Positions 49,911-64,000 of a stretch of DNA of 64,000 nucleotides are shown in pieces. Source of the DNA: Harriotta raleighana (lineage: Eukaryota); contig JBNZDD010013666.1 of assembly GCA_050575255.1 (NCBI GenBank), positions 930,828 through 994,827 of the forward strand. Direction: 5' to 3'. The notes below the pieces were generated by a model. It worked only from the letters and a program-made list of their open reading frames with translations. It searched no databases and had not been told where the DNA came from. Position 1 is the first letter of the stretch. Each line of letters opens with the position of its first letter. The position numbers and the translations under genes were made by a program.

Positions 49911-52032
49911 TGTCCTTACTATAGGGAAGTGTCCTCAGAGGCCATCTGATATCCCCAAAGTAGGCCATTTTGTCCTATGTGCCTTATAACGGGGACTCTA
50001 ATCTGTTAGTCACAGAGAGCTGCATTATACTGAGGTTCCTCTGTCATCCCCTATCAGTGAGAGAGATTGAAGGAAATTCATTTTCCTGTAAAATATCATA
50101 TTTCAAGGTCAAAAACATTGAGTGAGGTTGCTAAAAGATTCAAAGAACTACCCTACATAAAACTACCCTGACAAGAGCCACTATATTGAAGTTTGTGTGC
50201 ACCATGTTAGCAAGCTTATTTTGTCCCAATGGCTATTTCCTTTATGCCATGTGAATACTGTTAGAATTGAATAAATAATATTTAATAATGGATAACATCA
50301 TTGTTCAGGCATTCAGCTTCTCCCTCCCCACCTCTTGGAACTCTATCCCACATTCCCTTTGCCTCACACCCTCCCCTGCATGTCTCAATAACCTCCTCTT
50401 TGACCATTCATCTGGCCATCCTGTTGTCCCTCCTGCCCTTCACTCTCACTGATCTGATCCACAGCCCCCTCCCACCCCCATTTCCTGCTCAGGTCCATAT
50501 CCCTGACTGGGACTTCATCCCAATGTGAAAGACACTACATTCACATAACAATTCCCATAACATATATTGTATTTGGACCAAAATCAATAATTAAGGAATC
50601 ATATAGAGGACTTCAGTAAAGATATATTCCAAATAAATACATTTGCATTTTACATAACAGATTTTAAGTGTAGTGACTGCTGCATAAAGTAAATGTGGAA
50701 GCTACTCTGTGCCTCCAAAGTCCCAACAGTAACAAAGAGATGAATTACCAAATAGAATTTTTTTTGTGAATTTGGAGAAGGGAATACTGGTCAGAAGACT
50801 GGGAGAACTCCTTGTTCATTCTCAAAATGCCTTGGTATTATTAGCATCCACCAGACCAGACAGACTATCTTGGCTCAAATTCTCTCCCAAATAATTGTGC
50901 ATGAAGGAAGAAGAAAAAATAACAGAACAGAGATGTCAGCTTCCTCAATGCTGAATACATTACAAGGGAATTATAGCATCAGCCGTCACATTTTGGGGCA
51001 ATGTGATTAATTCCTGGGCATGTGATTCACAATACTACATGGCAGAGTGCAATAATTCTAACAGAGAGAGAAGAGAGGGAGACAGTAGTTCTGTTTCACA
51101 TTTCTCAGTCTCCTTCAGAGATGGAAAGTACTAAAGCTGACCCTCTGAGAGCTGCCTCTGGGAGCAGGAAACCACTTATCAGCTTTAATATCCAGTGGTG
51201 CGCTAGGTCAACAGTAAGCGTAACATCATCATCCTAAAATCTCCTAACGACACTAGTCACCTTGGCCTGTAAATGTACTGCTTCACTCATGGACATTCTT
51301 CAATCAACGCCTTGTCTTCAACTCAGCTCCTGCCCTTGGATAGTAGTATTTACAGCCAATCTGTCTGACACAAACACGTTCTCACTTGAGAGGGAAATTA
51401 ATCTCTCTCTGCATCACATCCCACATTGCAATTTGGCATTCTGCTTGTTTCTATCTACCTCACATAATCAAGTGCACCTACACACCTGGGTACAGCATCA
51501 GTGTTGTTTATTGCAACCTGGATTCTTTCCCAAATAAAATCAATTGAAGTACAAGCAATCAGTTACATCCACATTTGAACTATGAATCATACAACAAAGT
51601 TTGAAAGGGAGTCCAGGGGTGGAATTGTTCCCAGCCTCATGTTAAAAAAAACATCTGCAGTGATCTTGCATTCATTTTCGTGTTTACAACTCAATCGTCA
51701 AATAAAGTTGTGACAAGAGTTGGAATGTATTTTTGTTTCTCGTGATTGAATTTCTTTTTTTTAAACCATCGAATGCAGTGAATGCATTTTCTCCCTATGC
51801 TGAGACACATCAAAGATACGTCAAAGACTGATGATTCGCTTGCTGACCTCTGCCCCACCACTTCTCACATGACATTGGAGGTAGTGATGGTGGGACATTG
51901 GGTAGCCTTGAGGGAGCAGATCAGCTGGGCTGATGATCCTTCTTCATTCAAACCAATCTTATGATCAACACAAACTGGAAATCTAGGGTTTGTGGACTCT
52001 TTTTCTTCTCACCGACGCATACCAATGCTTAG

Positions 52033-52350
52033 TGGAGTGTAGCTCAGTGGTTAGAGCACTCGCCTTACAAGTGTGAGACCCGTGTTTGAATCAAAGCAAA
52101 TCAAGGCAAAATCTTGGGCATGTTTCCTTACTCTACACACCTAATAATAATCCCTCCCCAAAATATCACAATAATAAAATTGGTAATTTCTATCCACGAC
52201 TATTTGTGGGACACTGCTGTGCGCAATTGGCTGCAGCATTTCGCCCACAAATATACAGTCAATTCAATTTACAGTATATTCCATGAAGCACTTTGAGACG
52301 TCGATAAGATGTAAAAAGTGCTATATCAAATGTAAGGATTATTTATTATA
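52033..52350 (+). mobile_element. tRNA-derived Deu-SINE, near full length
   Basis: tRNA head, Deu core tttgtgggacactgctgtgcgcaattggctgc and tail. Confidence 0.9.
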
Positions 52351-52837
52351 TTTTATTATGTGTCACAGTACAAGATAGGACAATTTTAGTGATAAACCGT
52401 GTTCTGTGCTTAATATTAAGAAATAATTCATTGAGGTGAATCCTTACACTTACAACAATCGACTTGTTGATGATTGCAACAGAACTTAGTTTTGCCACTT
52501 ACAATTTCCCACGACTACATTGGCTGTTCGCTAGTCTGGGACAGGTAGTTCTGTACACTTATTACCTCCTCTGCAATTTGAGCAAGTTGTACACCTCTTA
52601 TCGGGCAACCATATCAACCAACAAGATAAAAAGAGACAGAATGGAACTAGTTGACCAGGCAGATAGTACTTGAAGGTTGTTTATATTCAAAGAATGAAAA
52701 GGCCCTTCAAGGCAAATTACTTCACCTTCTTTATTTCATTAACTCCACATCCTATCAGACATCTCATTGAATAATGCTATTGTAATAAAGCTGTCCTGAT
52801 GCTTGAATATCTTACTGGGGTGTTTCATTGCTTCAAG

Positions 52838-54222
52838 AACAACAACAAATTTGATTTATATGGTACCCTCCATGCCGGACAGCGTCTCAGAGTGCTTCAC
52901 AACAATGGATCCTGGGACCAAGCCAGGGATAGAAAGGTGATCAAAGGCACAGTCGAAGAGAAAGGTCTTTAGGTGGGACCTGAAACTGGGAAGAGAGGGG
53001 ATGAGGTGAAGGGAGTGAGGAAGGGGATGAGGTGAAGGGAGTGAGGAAGGGAATTCCAGAGCCTCGGGGTGTAGTGGCTAAAAGCACGGCTGCCGAGGGT
53101 GGAGCGGAGGATTCAGGTGACACGGAGGAGGTCAGACCCAGTGGAGCGAAGGCAACGAGGGCTGGTTTGAGGAGAGAGGAGGCCAGAGAGGTAGAGGAGT
53201 GGAAGGATTTGAAGACAGGGGTGAGGATTTTGAAATCGATCCTCTGGGGTTGGGAGCCAATGAAGTCTGGCAAGGACTGGGTTAATGGAGAAGCGAAGTT
53301 TGGAGCGGGTGAGAATGCGGGTGGCAGAGTTTTGAATTAGTTGGATTTTATGGATTGTGGTGGAGGGGAGACCAGCGAGGATGGCATTGGAATAGTCCAG
53401 CCGAGAGATGACAAAGGCATGGACCAGGGTTTCAGCAGTTTTTGGGGCGAGATATTGCCGGAGATGGGCGATCCGACGGAGATGGACAAAGCGGTGCTGG
53501 TGAGGGACCGAATGTGGGGGAAGAAGGACATTTGGGGGTCGAACCTGACGCCTAGGTTGCGCACTGGTTTGGACAGTTTTAGGGGCCGGCCGAGAAGGTG
53601 GAGGAGGTGAGAGCCATGCGATTGGAGATGTTGATGAGAGCCAAAGAGTATGGCTTCTGTCTTGTCAACATTCAGCTGTAGGAAGTTTGCGCTCATCCAG
53701 CTCCTGATGTGACAGGCAACTGACAGAATATCAGGGACTGGGAGTAGCAAATTGAGGTGGAGAAATAGACTTGGATGTTATCCACATACATGTGAAAGCG
53801 GATGGCATCCCCAAGAGGGAGCATATAGATGAGGAAGAGGAGGGGGTCAAGGATGGCTCCTTGGGGTACCCCACAGGTAACCGGGTGAGAGCGGGAGGAA
53901 AAGCCATTTGTGGAGATGTATTGCTGGCGGTTTGTTAGGTAGGACTAAACCAGGCAAGTGCGGTCCCACTGAGATGGAGGACAGGTGTTGGAGGAGAATG
54001 GCGTGGTCGACTGTGTCGAATGCAGCAGGCAGGTCCAGGAGGATAAGGAGGCGGAGGGAGCCTTGGTCACAGATGGAGAGGACATTGTTTGTGACTTTCA
54101 CAAGTGCAGTCTCTGTACAGTGGGCAGGGCGGAAACCAGACTGGAGGGGTTCAAAAAGGGAGTGGGAGGAGAGGTGGGTGCGGAGTTGGTTGGCAACAAC
54201 GTGTTCAAGTGCTTTGGCAAGG
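52838..54222 (-). mobile_element. L2 RT/3' copy (second subfamily)
   Basis: [39 protein letters not shown]; WMSANFLQLNVDKTE..VRNLGV.FD. Confidence 0.93.
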
Positions 54223-55617
54223 AAATGCTGTGGTGCATGCACTGAAAATGTTCAGAACTAATCGTCCCAAAGATATAGGAGTCTTGGTAGGCTTGCAGGG
54301 AGCCTAATATTAATCGTAAAACGGAAAACAGTACCAATTAGAATGTTATCCTGTACTGAGGCCTAGAGAGAACATGATTAACTTCAATGAACAAAGAAGT
54401 GGGATATACAGTATCTGGACACCTTTGATGCTACCATTATATCTCAAGAGTTTAAGTTTCGAATGATAATGAATTGCCCCACAACAGTATGGAACATCGT
54501 TAGAAAGAGAGAGGTGTGCAGAGGCACCAGCACTGATGCCGATTCCACCGTGATCCAATGTAAAATAGCGCTTTAATTTTGGTTCAGTTAGAAAAATTAG
54601 GAATTTTACTAAAATATCGCAAACTGTTCACTCGCAAATAAGCAACACGCAGTAATTACGGAATTATATATGTGAACTGTGCTATATAAATGCAAGTTGT
54701 TGTTGGACATATCTGAAATATAATTTAACTGATAGATTCTGAATGTCTAAAATTTTTTGGACGTGTTGATGGGAAATTAGCTGAGTTTGGCTTGAAAATC
54801 AGAATACAATACAGTATATATCAAATATCATTGCGAATTTGCTGAAAAAAACTAATTGATACCAATAACTGGGCAGTTTATGTGCTGTTACCCTATAAGT
54901 GGTGAAAGCCTCTTTGACTGGATGGCTTTCTAGCACTTTTGAATAATCCTTTTCACAATACAAATGATGTTGACTCAAAAGCATTTTATATCCAGCAGCT
55001 CGGTAATTTAAGGAAGGTAATGCGTTGTATATCTCTGCTGGAGAGCACATTCAAACATTTACAATCCACTACCACACAGATTAGTCACACTGCGCTGAGG
55101 AAAACAGTAAACAGTCAGGCAGTGTGAACAGCCTGGATGCTGCACTCATTAATAATACCATCTTTAATGTTGCATTACATGGTTTCTCAAGTGTCAAAAC
55201 ACTAATTAACAGAAATAATTAACGTAAAAAATTCAGAGCAGATACAAAGATCCATACTTTGAAAGTTTTCCTGCATCAATGATATCGTAACAACTATTAA
55301 CCATGAAAGGTCTTTCAATTAGCAGCCTGACAAAATATTTACTAGGAAATGTGCCATCTATAGCTGACTTCCTCTCTGGTTTTGCTTTCTTAAATTTATA
55401 CCAAATTGGTGTACTTTTTTTCTTGAATGTAATATATTAAAAATAGACCATTGAAACACAGGGTTATATGACCTTGCTCTAATGAAGTACAAATATTTAA
55501 TACGGCCACGATTAGTCCAAGCTTGTGCTACTTGTCATTAAAATATTTATAACTTGTTTCATTTTCTTAATAAATCTGATTATCATTCAGTTCTCCAGAT
55601 TGCATTTACACTGTTGT

Positions 55618-55915
55618 GGTAGAGGAGGGGGAAGGAGGGGAGAGGGAACAGGAGAGTGGGAAGTGGGATGGGGGAGAGCAGAGAGGGGAAAGAGGAGGGG
55701 AAGAAGGGGAGAGGGAAAAGGAGGGAGTGTGGGGAAGAGAGGAGAGGGGATGGTGGGGAAAAGCAGAGGGGGAAGAGGAGGAGAAGGAGGGGAGAGGGAA
55801 GAGGAGGAGGGGAAGAGAGGAGAGTGGGAAAAGGAAGGGAGGGCAAAAGGGTGAAAAGCGGAGGTGGGGGTGGGAGGGGGAAGAGAGCAGAGGTGTAAAA
55901 GGGAAGAGGGAGATG
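55618..55915. repeat. Polypurine (GA-rich) low-complexity tract
   Basis: Directly visible; produces spurious G/E/R-rich and P/L/S-rich ORFs. Confidence 0.88.
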
Positions 55916-58900
55916 TGGGAACTGGTACAAGTAGCTATTCAAAATTATAATGGACATTTCTGTGCACCTGGCAGAGATGACAGTTTATTAGACAGGCAGT
56001 TCTTTTTCATGAGTAAGTCTACTATCTAGAACAGCATGACACTTCGAGTCTTATTTTGTTACTTTCGGAAGAAACTTCTAATGAGGTAAAATAAAATGTG
56101 CATAAAGCAAATATTGGCTATCTTTATCTGTGGGGAAGCCTCGAGAAATTCTGTTGTCTCTAACTCTATTCATCCTCCCCCACCCCTGTCTATCTGTCTG
56201 TCTGTTACTGGCTCTGAAATGAATCCAGTATCATGGCCTCAACCATCTTTCCTGGTGACCAGTTTTAATTGTTGCTTACCCTTCATGCACCAAAATCTAG
56301 GCTGATACAGGCTCAACCCAAAGGTAACACTCATCTGCTTCAGATTTCCTAATAAAAAGTTGTTTAATTTTAGAATTTCAAAACAATAGCTAAATAGAAA
56401 TCTGCAGGAAGGCTGCCAATTCAGCTCTGCTTCTCTGGCAGAGTGCTAGATCAATAATACAAATTGTTGTTGTATAAATAAAACACTAAACACAATATAT
56501 CTTGCATATAGTATATAAAATGAATCACGAATAATAGAAATATATTGTAATATAATAATATATTTAAAAGTTGGATAATTTGTCAAGTAACAGTCAAAAT
56601 ACTTGAAACAAATCTTTTGTTGATCTGAAAATACAGTACTGCACGATGTTTATAGGGGACAAGGCATTAACTTCTAATCAGCATCCACATCAGTGTTCTT
56701 AAATCACAAGCTGATACCCAGCAAGCATGATTCACTGAAATGTATACTGTATATATATATTTCAGTTCTTTTTCAATTATATTTTTATATATGGAATTAG
56801 AAACAAAGCATGGAAAGAATAAAATGTCTTATTCTTAAGGGGAATTTTCCTTGGTTTCCATAAATCCTTTATGATAAGAAATACTTCCTGGTGTTTGTCC
56901 TGAAACTTCCCTTTGCAACCCTGACCGTCTTGTCCTGCTGCCTCAGCATTTCAGAAACTATTGTTCTGGCTATAATTTTTTGTGCTGTGTCAGAGATCTA
57001 CAAAAGGACAAAATGTCCTTACACACAGTTAGCATTTTACCAAATGTTTTCCTTCTGGGGAAGAGTGGTGGGAGGATGTGGGGGGAGTGAGTGGGGGGAG
57101 TGCAGGGAGAGTGGATAGGGGCGAGTGTGTGTGCGGGGGGTGGCGGCAGTTCTTACGGATGGAGCAGTAAAAGCAAATGTAGCATTTTCCATTTTATCAG
57201 CTCCCAATATCCTGGTTGCACAGAATGCAGCACATTATTTGGTTCTATTTAATTCTGTCTATTTGAAGAACTCAGAGACAAACAGAGTACGAGATAGGAG
57301 TGTGTTGGTGTAGATAGTGAGAGGAGTTAGAGTAGTGGGGATGTGTCTACGCTGTCTGTCTGGGTGTAGGTTTTGCCGACAAAGCTGAGTATAAATTGGA
57401 GGTGAGCACCGTGATCTGAAAGCAAAATGGATTGCATTCTGGCTGCCGAGGATACCTTGAGGAGGTGGTTTTGGCAGCACTTTGATTTACAGTGCTGCTA
57501 TATTAATACAGGCAGCCCAAATCAGTCAAAGATTTGCTCTAATATCTTAGCTTAAAAGTTCTTGGGCTGTTCCCTGGACTCCTGCCTCTTTCATAACATT
57601 GAAAAAAAAACTAACTTTGGTTAATGAATGAATGCTGAGCTCCACCCAATACAATTAGGAATGAGAGTCATAACTCAGGCTTCCATCGTCACAATGGCTT
57701 GACTGCTTCGCTTCCAGCAATCCAGCAGGATACCACAGATCTGCTGCTGATTTACAATTGGAGAAATGGCTTTAGGGATTAGGAACATTCACAACTCAGG
57801 TGCCCTGAAGCTAAATGGGAATCGTAAAGAAACCGAACGTTCCTTCACAGCAAACACAGATTAATTGCACTTTTTATCTCGCAGAGGCTTTGGTCGGTTG
57901 CAAATTTCAGAACCAAATGTTAGTATTCTGCAAAATTACTTTCATTTTCTAGCTTGAGAATCCAAATTGGCAGGCAGATCTGTAATATTCTCTTGTGTAC
58001 AGCTGGTACAATACCTGGATTGCAAGGGAAAACATTCTACTGTATTGCAGTGTTGTAAAGGGTTAATATTATACCAAAACACAATGAACCATTCTGCTAA
58101 GATAAAATCGTAATTTTCTTTCTGTCATTGAAAACCATTTTACCTAATTGTATCAATTTTTAATTTAATATTTTTAACGTTCTGCTCCATTATCCTTCAG
58201 CTTTTACTGAAAATGACTTTGAACACAGTAGGAATAAGTGACTGACTGACTGGATACCTGATATACACTTGCAGTATAATTGATGCAGTTTTGGACAGGC
58301 AAGAGCTTTTTTTAAACACAATATTACATGTAAACATATTATATAATTGTCTATTGAGTTACCTGCTCGGTACCAGAATGTAACTTCCATGTTACAAATA
58401 ATTTAACTGTATAGAGGAGGAGTTCTGTATGCAATATGTGGAGGAGTATGTTGGAGGAATACTGGCAATACGCAATTAATCTAACTGGCAGTCTGAATAA
58501 TTGGAAGATTTATCTGTATTTCCTTCAGATGTGAAGCCAAACAATTCTAAGTTGTTATCTTTGTCACTGGGCAAAGGACAGCGTGGATGTAAAGGCCGAC
58601 GGATTCCAATAGGGAGCACATGCTCCATTGACGCAAAGTGCATCAACACAGCTAAATGTAACCCCAGCTTTAAACAGGCAGTTCAGCAAGTCCATCAGTG
58701 AATTCTACACTCCAAACTGGAAGAAAACATGTTTTAATCCAACTTGACTACAGAGTCATGGTGGATACCAACATCACTGTCCTGAGGGACAGCGCCGAGA
58801 AGGGGTGAAAGGCAATACCTCTTCAAGGACAACAAGGTCCCAATGCACATCAGGCTTGTGGTAGACAAGGCCTTTGTAAAAAACAAATCCTGTTTTCTGG

Positions 58901-59360
58901 ATCTGAACACGTGGGAACACAGGGAGAAGCATCTTCCGGTCCATCAGCAAAGTCCAGGGTCAAGCAGTGAGTGGGTTTGTGGCAAACACAGGTGTGGCTG
59001 CACGGAGGGAGGGCTCTGGCCTACACTGACCTGTCCCCGAGCAGTTTGGCAGTGGAGGTGGCTCCGCATCAGGCACATCTATTTGCCAAGCCCCTTGACA
59101 TGAGGACCTGGATTGAGCAGCTGTTGCTGAGTTAGTCTGGTACACAGAATTGGATCTCAAGAATATCAAGGTGGCTGGCACATCACAAGTTGCCATGTAA
59201 AAGCCCCTCCACCATGCGCTGAAGGCAGATCCCACCAGACACTGATGATGAAACTCTGAGGTTGGGGTGAAGGTATTCCCTGGATTCCAGTTTGTGACAC
59301 ATTTGTATGTCCAGCACCTGAACCCACTGTGATTGGTTGCGGGGGCAGCAGCTACAGCCT

Positions 59361-59545
59361 ACAACAACAACAACAAAATTACACTTGTATAATGTCGGGA
59401 GGACGTCCCAAAGCGCTGAACAGTCAGGACGGGACCCGAGCATGGGGGGGATTGGGGGTAGGGGGAGGGGGAAGGAGAGTGGGAAGAGTTAGGGTGGGGG
59501 GGAACCGAAGGTACGGTCGAAGAGGAGTCTTGAGACCGGCCTTGA
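59361..59545 (-). mobile_element. L2 3' end
   Basis: (caa)n tail and terminal stem-loop. Confidence 0.88.
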
Positions 59546-59729
59546 AGGAGGCGATGAAGGAGGATTGTGTGGCTTAAACTCCACTTCCGCAACTAGGAAC
59601 CATCGCTCAATGGGAAGGGACGTAGCCTGAGCTACAGACAGGAAGTCGGTGACAATGCTCTCACGCATTTCATGCTGAGCTGTCTTGCCCAACGGGAAGC
59701 TCTCAGGGAGATCCTTGTACCTTGTACCC

Positions 59730-59859
59730 AAATCCCCCCGTTTTTCCTCCACCCTCCCCGTCCGACTCCAGCTTGGGTCTGAAACCAATGACTGTCCAGC
59801 TCTTTGGGACATCCTCCTGACATGAAAGGCCCTGTACATATGTAATTTTGTTGTTGTTG
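59730..59859 (+). mobile_element. L2 3' end
   Basis: Terminal stem-loop and (TTG)n tail. Confidence 0.8.
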
Positions 59860-62514
59860 TACTTTCCTAGTGATGCTCAAACCCGCACTTGTCGAATGTC
59901 AAACAACCAACTATCTGCCTTGGTGGGGGGTGAGGAAGTAAGTGTAGGGGGGGTGTCTCTTTAAAGCTGAACTGGCCCCAAGCTGACATACCAGGCAACG
60001 GAATGTTGGAATCGAGCCCCAGCCCTCTGTGACAGTCTCTAATCCGGTTCCTGAGCCAGGAGGATCAGCAGTATATCCAGGCCTCTCTTCCTCTCTCACC
60101 GCTGATGACAGCACAGCCTAGCCTGACTCATCGGCGGGATCTGGAAGGGCAGTCCAGACTCTACAGGCAGGGAATCCTTCCACTCAGCTCCTGTTAACTC
60201 TGCAGTTAAAGCCCTAACTAATGGGTAGGGTGTTCCTAGCTGGACAAGCGGGGGGAAAGCTTCCTGGACAGGAATATCAATGGCAATCTAATGTGGTTTA
60301 GCTGGTTAAACTGCAGCAGATACCCCAATGCACACCCAGGTCACCAAGCCTCGATACTTGCCAATCTGTGCCTAATGCTTTCCGGAATTAGGTAAGAGGG
60401 ATGTGTCCCTCCAGGGAGTGAGTACGCATTCCATTCCAACAGTCTATCTCTAGGATTTCCATGTGTAGGTGGGATGCACAGAAACCTCAGCTGGGTCCGG
60501 ATACTCTTCAGCACAGTGATGGGTTTCCACATGTGTTAAGACACCCACCCGGCTGACCAAGAAAAAGCACTTTTGAGATGTGATAAGCGCTTTATCATTA
60601 TATTATTATTTTAGCGTGGCTGGTGGGAAGAGAGTCTACTCCACATTGGGTAAGGCTTGAGGGAAGAAACATTTGGGACAATTAGTTTTTCTCCTCCCGA
60701 TTGCACGGATATCAAAGGTGTCTTTCCGGAGAAGTGCATTCAGCCCGTCCTGTCCTTCTGGTGATGTAAATACCACAGCTGTTGAGCAAAGTGACACTAT
60801 CCTCTTTTCAACAAGGAGACGCTGCATTTAAAACACACCAGCTGATGTGTAATATCTGGCATGAAGTGCACCACTCATCAGATGTAAAAGATAACAAGGA
60901 TTAAAACTCACAGTTGGTGGCAACCAAGACAGAGCCTGAAGTATTGAGTTCCAATATTGAAATCTGCACCCCCATTTATGGAACGACAACAACTTGCATT
61001 TATGTAGCACCCTTTACGCTGGCTAGAGTCTCCGTCATGGTGAAGTTACGTACTTAAAATAGTGGAGCAGAACACTAAATTCTAGTCAACAATTTTCAAA
61101 GCTTTTGTGGAAAAATTCCACTTGCGTCTGGCTTTAATTAATAATTAATGTCGCATTTCAGAATTCGGCAAATTGTTATATTCAGTCTTAAGTTTGAAAG
61201 CGGTTTTCTGTAGTTCCTAAAATAATTGCTGTTTGGGACATCCTCCTGCTGTAAAAGATGCTATCTATATAGATGTATTGCATTTTTCTAACTTACAGCA
61301 AACCAACCTCAAAATTAAAACTGTATTTAAACTTGTTTTCCCATATTTCCAATCACACAGATTATCCAGCAGGAATGTTAACCTGAAAAAATTGCAGACA
61401 CTACACTTTAAGAGTTCATCCTATGAAGCAGTTCAAGACATCCTTCCTGATGAAAGGCTCTACATTATATGGAAGGATTGATATTAATATTAATCATTCA
61501 TCAACCTTACATTTTTGGTTCTCTGTCAGTGACTGAATCATTGTCGAGCCAGGCTGTGGGTCCAGAAGTACTGTCAATCTGTGGGCCCATTTGAATGCAG
61601 CATTATAAACCTGTAACAGCAAAGCTACACTTATCAAAATTCTATTCACACTACAGCACTAAACAGGTTGTGAGCCATTTGTCACACATGGTTGGCACTC
61701 AGAACTCATTAGGTAGCATGACATTACTATTAAAAGGAAACTGGAAAAGCCTAATGAAGCTCAATTTGTTCCTGGCTTTTTCTAATATAGAAAAGAGAAT
61801 TCTGCAAAAACATTACATTTGTTCCTTTTTCACTGAAACATTTGGAGGTCGACTGTGATTTATGAAACTGGAAGTGCTGACATTTGCTATTCAACAAACA
61901 TTTCTGACTGCTAAACACTAATGGCGTAATGGCTCCAGTTAAGGCTGCACATTAAGAGAAAGGGAGAGAGGAAGGTTAACAACCAAAGCTGGAACTCCAC
62001 TCCAGGAGAGTGTGCTTAGACCATGATACCACAGAACCCTGGATTGAAGTACAAGAGAGGGATTTCCACTGCCTTCAATTAGAATTCTACAACGGCTGTT
62101 AATAGATTCTGGAACAAAAGCATATATTGTAACCTTCATTCAACCACAGCATATTTGCTCAAACTCAGTTTAAAATGAAGCAAATTGCAATGTGAAACAA
62201 AACTACACCTCGTTAGTTGGTCTGTAATATTATCTATATTGGAACATTATCTTTTAGTTGTTCAAGATTTTGAGTGAGCTCATTAGTCCAGGCTGCCATT
62301 GCGCAGCAATACTGGGGGGAGCACTACAATGTGGGAGTATGGCATCATTCGCATAAAATGCTAAACCATACCTATTGAGCAAGATATTAAAGATCCCCAT
62401 TATTCTGGCCAACAATTGTCCAGATTTAAAAAAATTGACGTCATGGCTGTTTGTGGGACATTGCTGAGTGCAAACTGGCCACCAAATGCTTGCAAATATC
62501 ATACAATCACAATT

Positions 62515-62930
62515 TTTCAGCACAACTGAGGCCATTCGGCCCATTGTGTCTGCGCCGGCTCTTGGAAAAGAACTATTCAAAATCAATCCTACTCCCCGGA
62601 TCTCTCCCCATAACCCTGCAGACCCGTCCTCTCCAAATAACCGTCCACCTCTCTTTTAAAAATTGTTATCAAATCGGCCTCCTCCACCCTTTCAGGCAAT
62701 GTATTCCAGATTCCAACAACTTATTGCGTGAGAAAATTTCTCCTCACCTCACCCCTGCTTCTTTTAGAAACTATTACATCTGTGACCTCGAGTTACTGAC
62801 ACACCCACCAGTGGAACAGTTTTTCCCTGTTTACCCTATCGAATCCCCTCATGATTTTGAAAACCTCTATTAAGCCTCCTCGTAACCTTCTCTGCTCCAA
62901 TGAGAATAATCCTAGCCTCTCCAGCCTTTC
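62515..62930 (-). mobile_element. CR1-clade LINE 3' fragment
   Basis: gaggccattcggccca..tctccccataaccctgca..ttccagattccaac, typical of a reversed fish CR1 3' end; related tails at ~45-85 and 32095. Confidence 0.7.
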
Positions 62931-63479
62931 AAAAGGGAAGACCCTCAATACTTAAATGCAAATAAATTTACTACATTTTCCAGAATGTGAAGCGTTTGTG
63001 AGAGATTTTGATGCGATAAGGTGTTATATCGAATGCAAAAGGTTATTATCTGCTGCCTCCCCATAGCCTGTCCAGTTTTCAATTATTCATAATGATCACT
63101 CTACACAGCAACCTAATTGCAAATTGATCATTAACTTTTTAATATGATTTCAGTTATGTGGATATCAATAAGATAAATAATGGCACAATCAACTCTGGGG
63201 AAATGTAGGAGCATAATTCTGATCAGGGCATAGATTTCCAATGTAAGGAGCAACTTCCAATCACTCCTACTATATAGAGTTCCCTGATCCAAGTTCAATA
63301 TTTAAATGCAAAATCCTGATGGAAGCAAATATATATTAGCACACAAATACAACCAGCACACTGGTAAATCTTACCACAAGATCGAGCTGTCACTTTGTAA
63401 CATGTTTCCTGTTGCTTTCTGGAATTAATTGAATTAATGATGACAATTTAAAGAAATTGTGATACAAGCTACAGCTGAA

Positions 63480-63825
63480 GGGAGTTTCTGCCAGTGTCCT
63501 GGCCAACAATTCCACAGACAAAAGACTCACTTCTTGGCTGCTTATGGGGCACATTACTGTGCAAATTGGCTGCTGGGTTCCCTTACAAAATACTCAATCA
63601 CTACATTTTACAGTATATCCTATGATGCACTTTGAGATATAATATATACAATAATAACCCTTGCATTTGATACAGTATCTTATCATGTTTTCGAGACGTC
63701 TCAAGGCGCTTCACAGGATATTGTAAAAAATATACAGTTTTTTTTGTATATTTTTTTGTGGGAGAAACATGGCAGCCAATTGCGCATATCAGTGATCTAG
63801 AAACAGTCGTGGATTGAGTGACCAC
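63480..63825. mobile_element. Two Deu-SINE fragments, tail to tail (+ 63480-63640, - 63650-63825)
   Basis: Deu core in both orientations. Confidence 0.75.
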
Positions 63826-64000
63826 ATTTTTTTCTCAGACATTTTGCTGATGTGATAGGCATGATATCAAATGCAAGTAGAATTAGCATTATTAAACTGA
63901 GTACCTCAGCTCTGGCAGTAGACAGGATTCTGATGTCAGCTCACACACCAGTAACCCCTACAGGAAATGATGTAGACTTTGAGTTAGATCAGAATATGGC

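Noticed and set aside
52998-53050. Short direct duplication ggatgaggtgaagggagtgaggaagg
   Set aside because: Ordinary slippage duplication within an L2 3' region.
55525-56029. G/E/R-rich and P/L/S-rich ORFs (also 43870-44378 and 28471-28830)
   Set aside because: Translations of low-complexity purine or G-rich tracts.
58190-58390. MEVTFWY ORF as the AGBL4 LEVSFYSY exon
   Set aside because: No flanking similarity (no AGTGRR or CYTLE) and no suitable splice sites.

Overview
This is vertebrate genomic DNA, not prokaryotic, so nearly all entries in the ORF track are spurious or transposon-derived. The repeat content (L2 LINEs with (TTG)n tails, tRNA-headed Deu-domain SINEs, CR1 relics, Tigger/hAT MITEs) suggests a cartilaginous fish such as the elephant shark; that assignment is inference. 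Two spliced genes lie on the minus strand. SPATA6: 11 coding exons were traced by hand from the ATG at 29230 to 1231 (1215 nt, 405 codons, all GT-AG, reading phases consistent), and the gene runs off the left edge. AGBL4/CCP6: the 3' end is present (exon 41936-42035, candidate microexon ~40931/40935-40951, terminal coding exon 39044-39179), with upstream exons beyond the right edge. The AGBL4-SPATA6 order matches known vertebrate synteny. The SPATA6 promoter is CpG-rich and carries an RFX X-box-like site. I found no convincing new multi-gene system. The best leads are small: an AGBL4 microexon with tandem donors that could switch the C-terminus, a pre-miRNA-sized fold-back built from an L2 3' end, an unexplained perfect 31-bp inverted repeat, and nested MITEs. 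Many single-N-flanked duplications look like assembly artefacts. Repeat boundaries are approximate.
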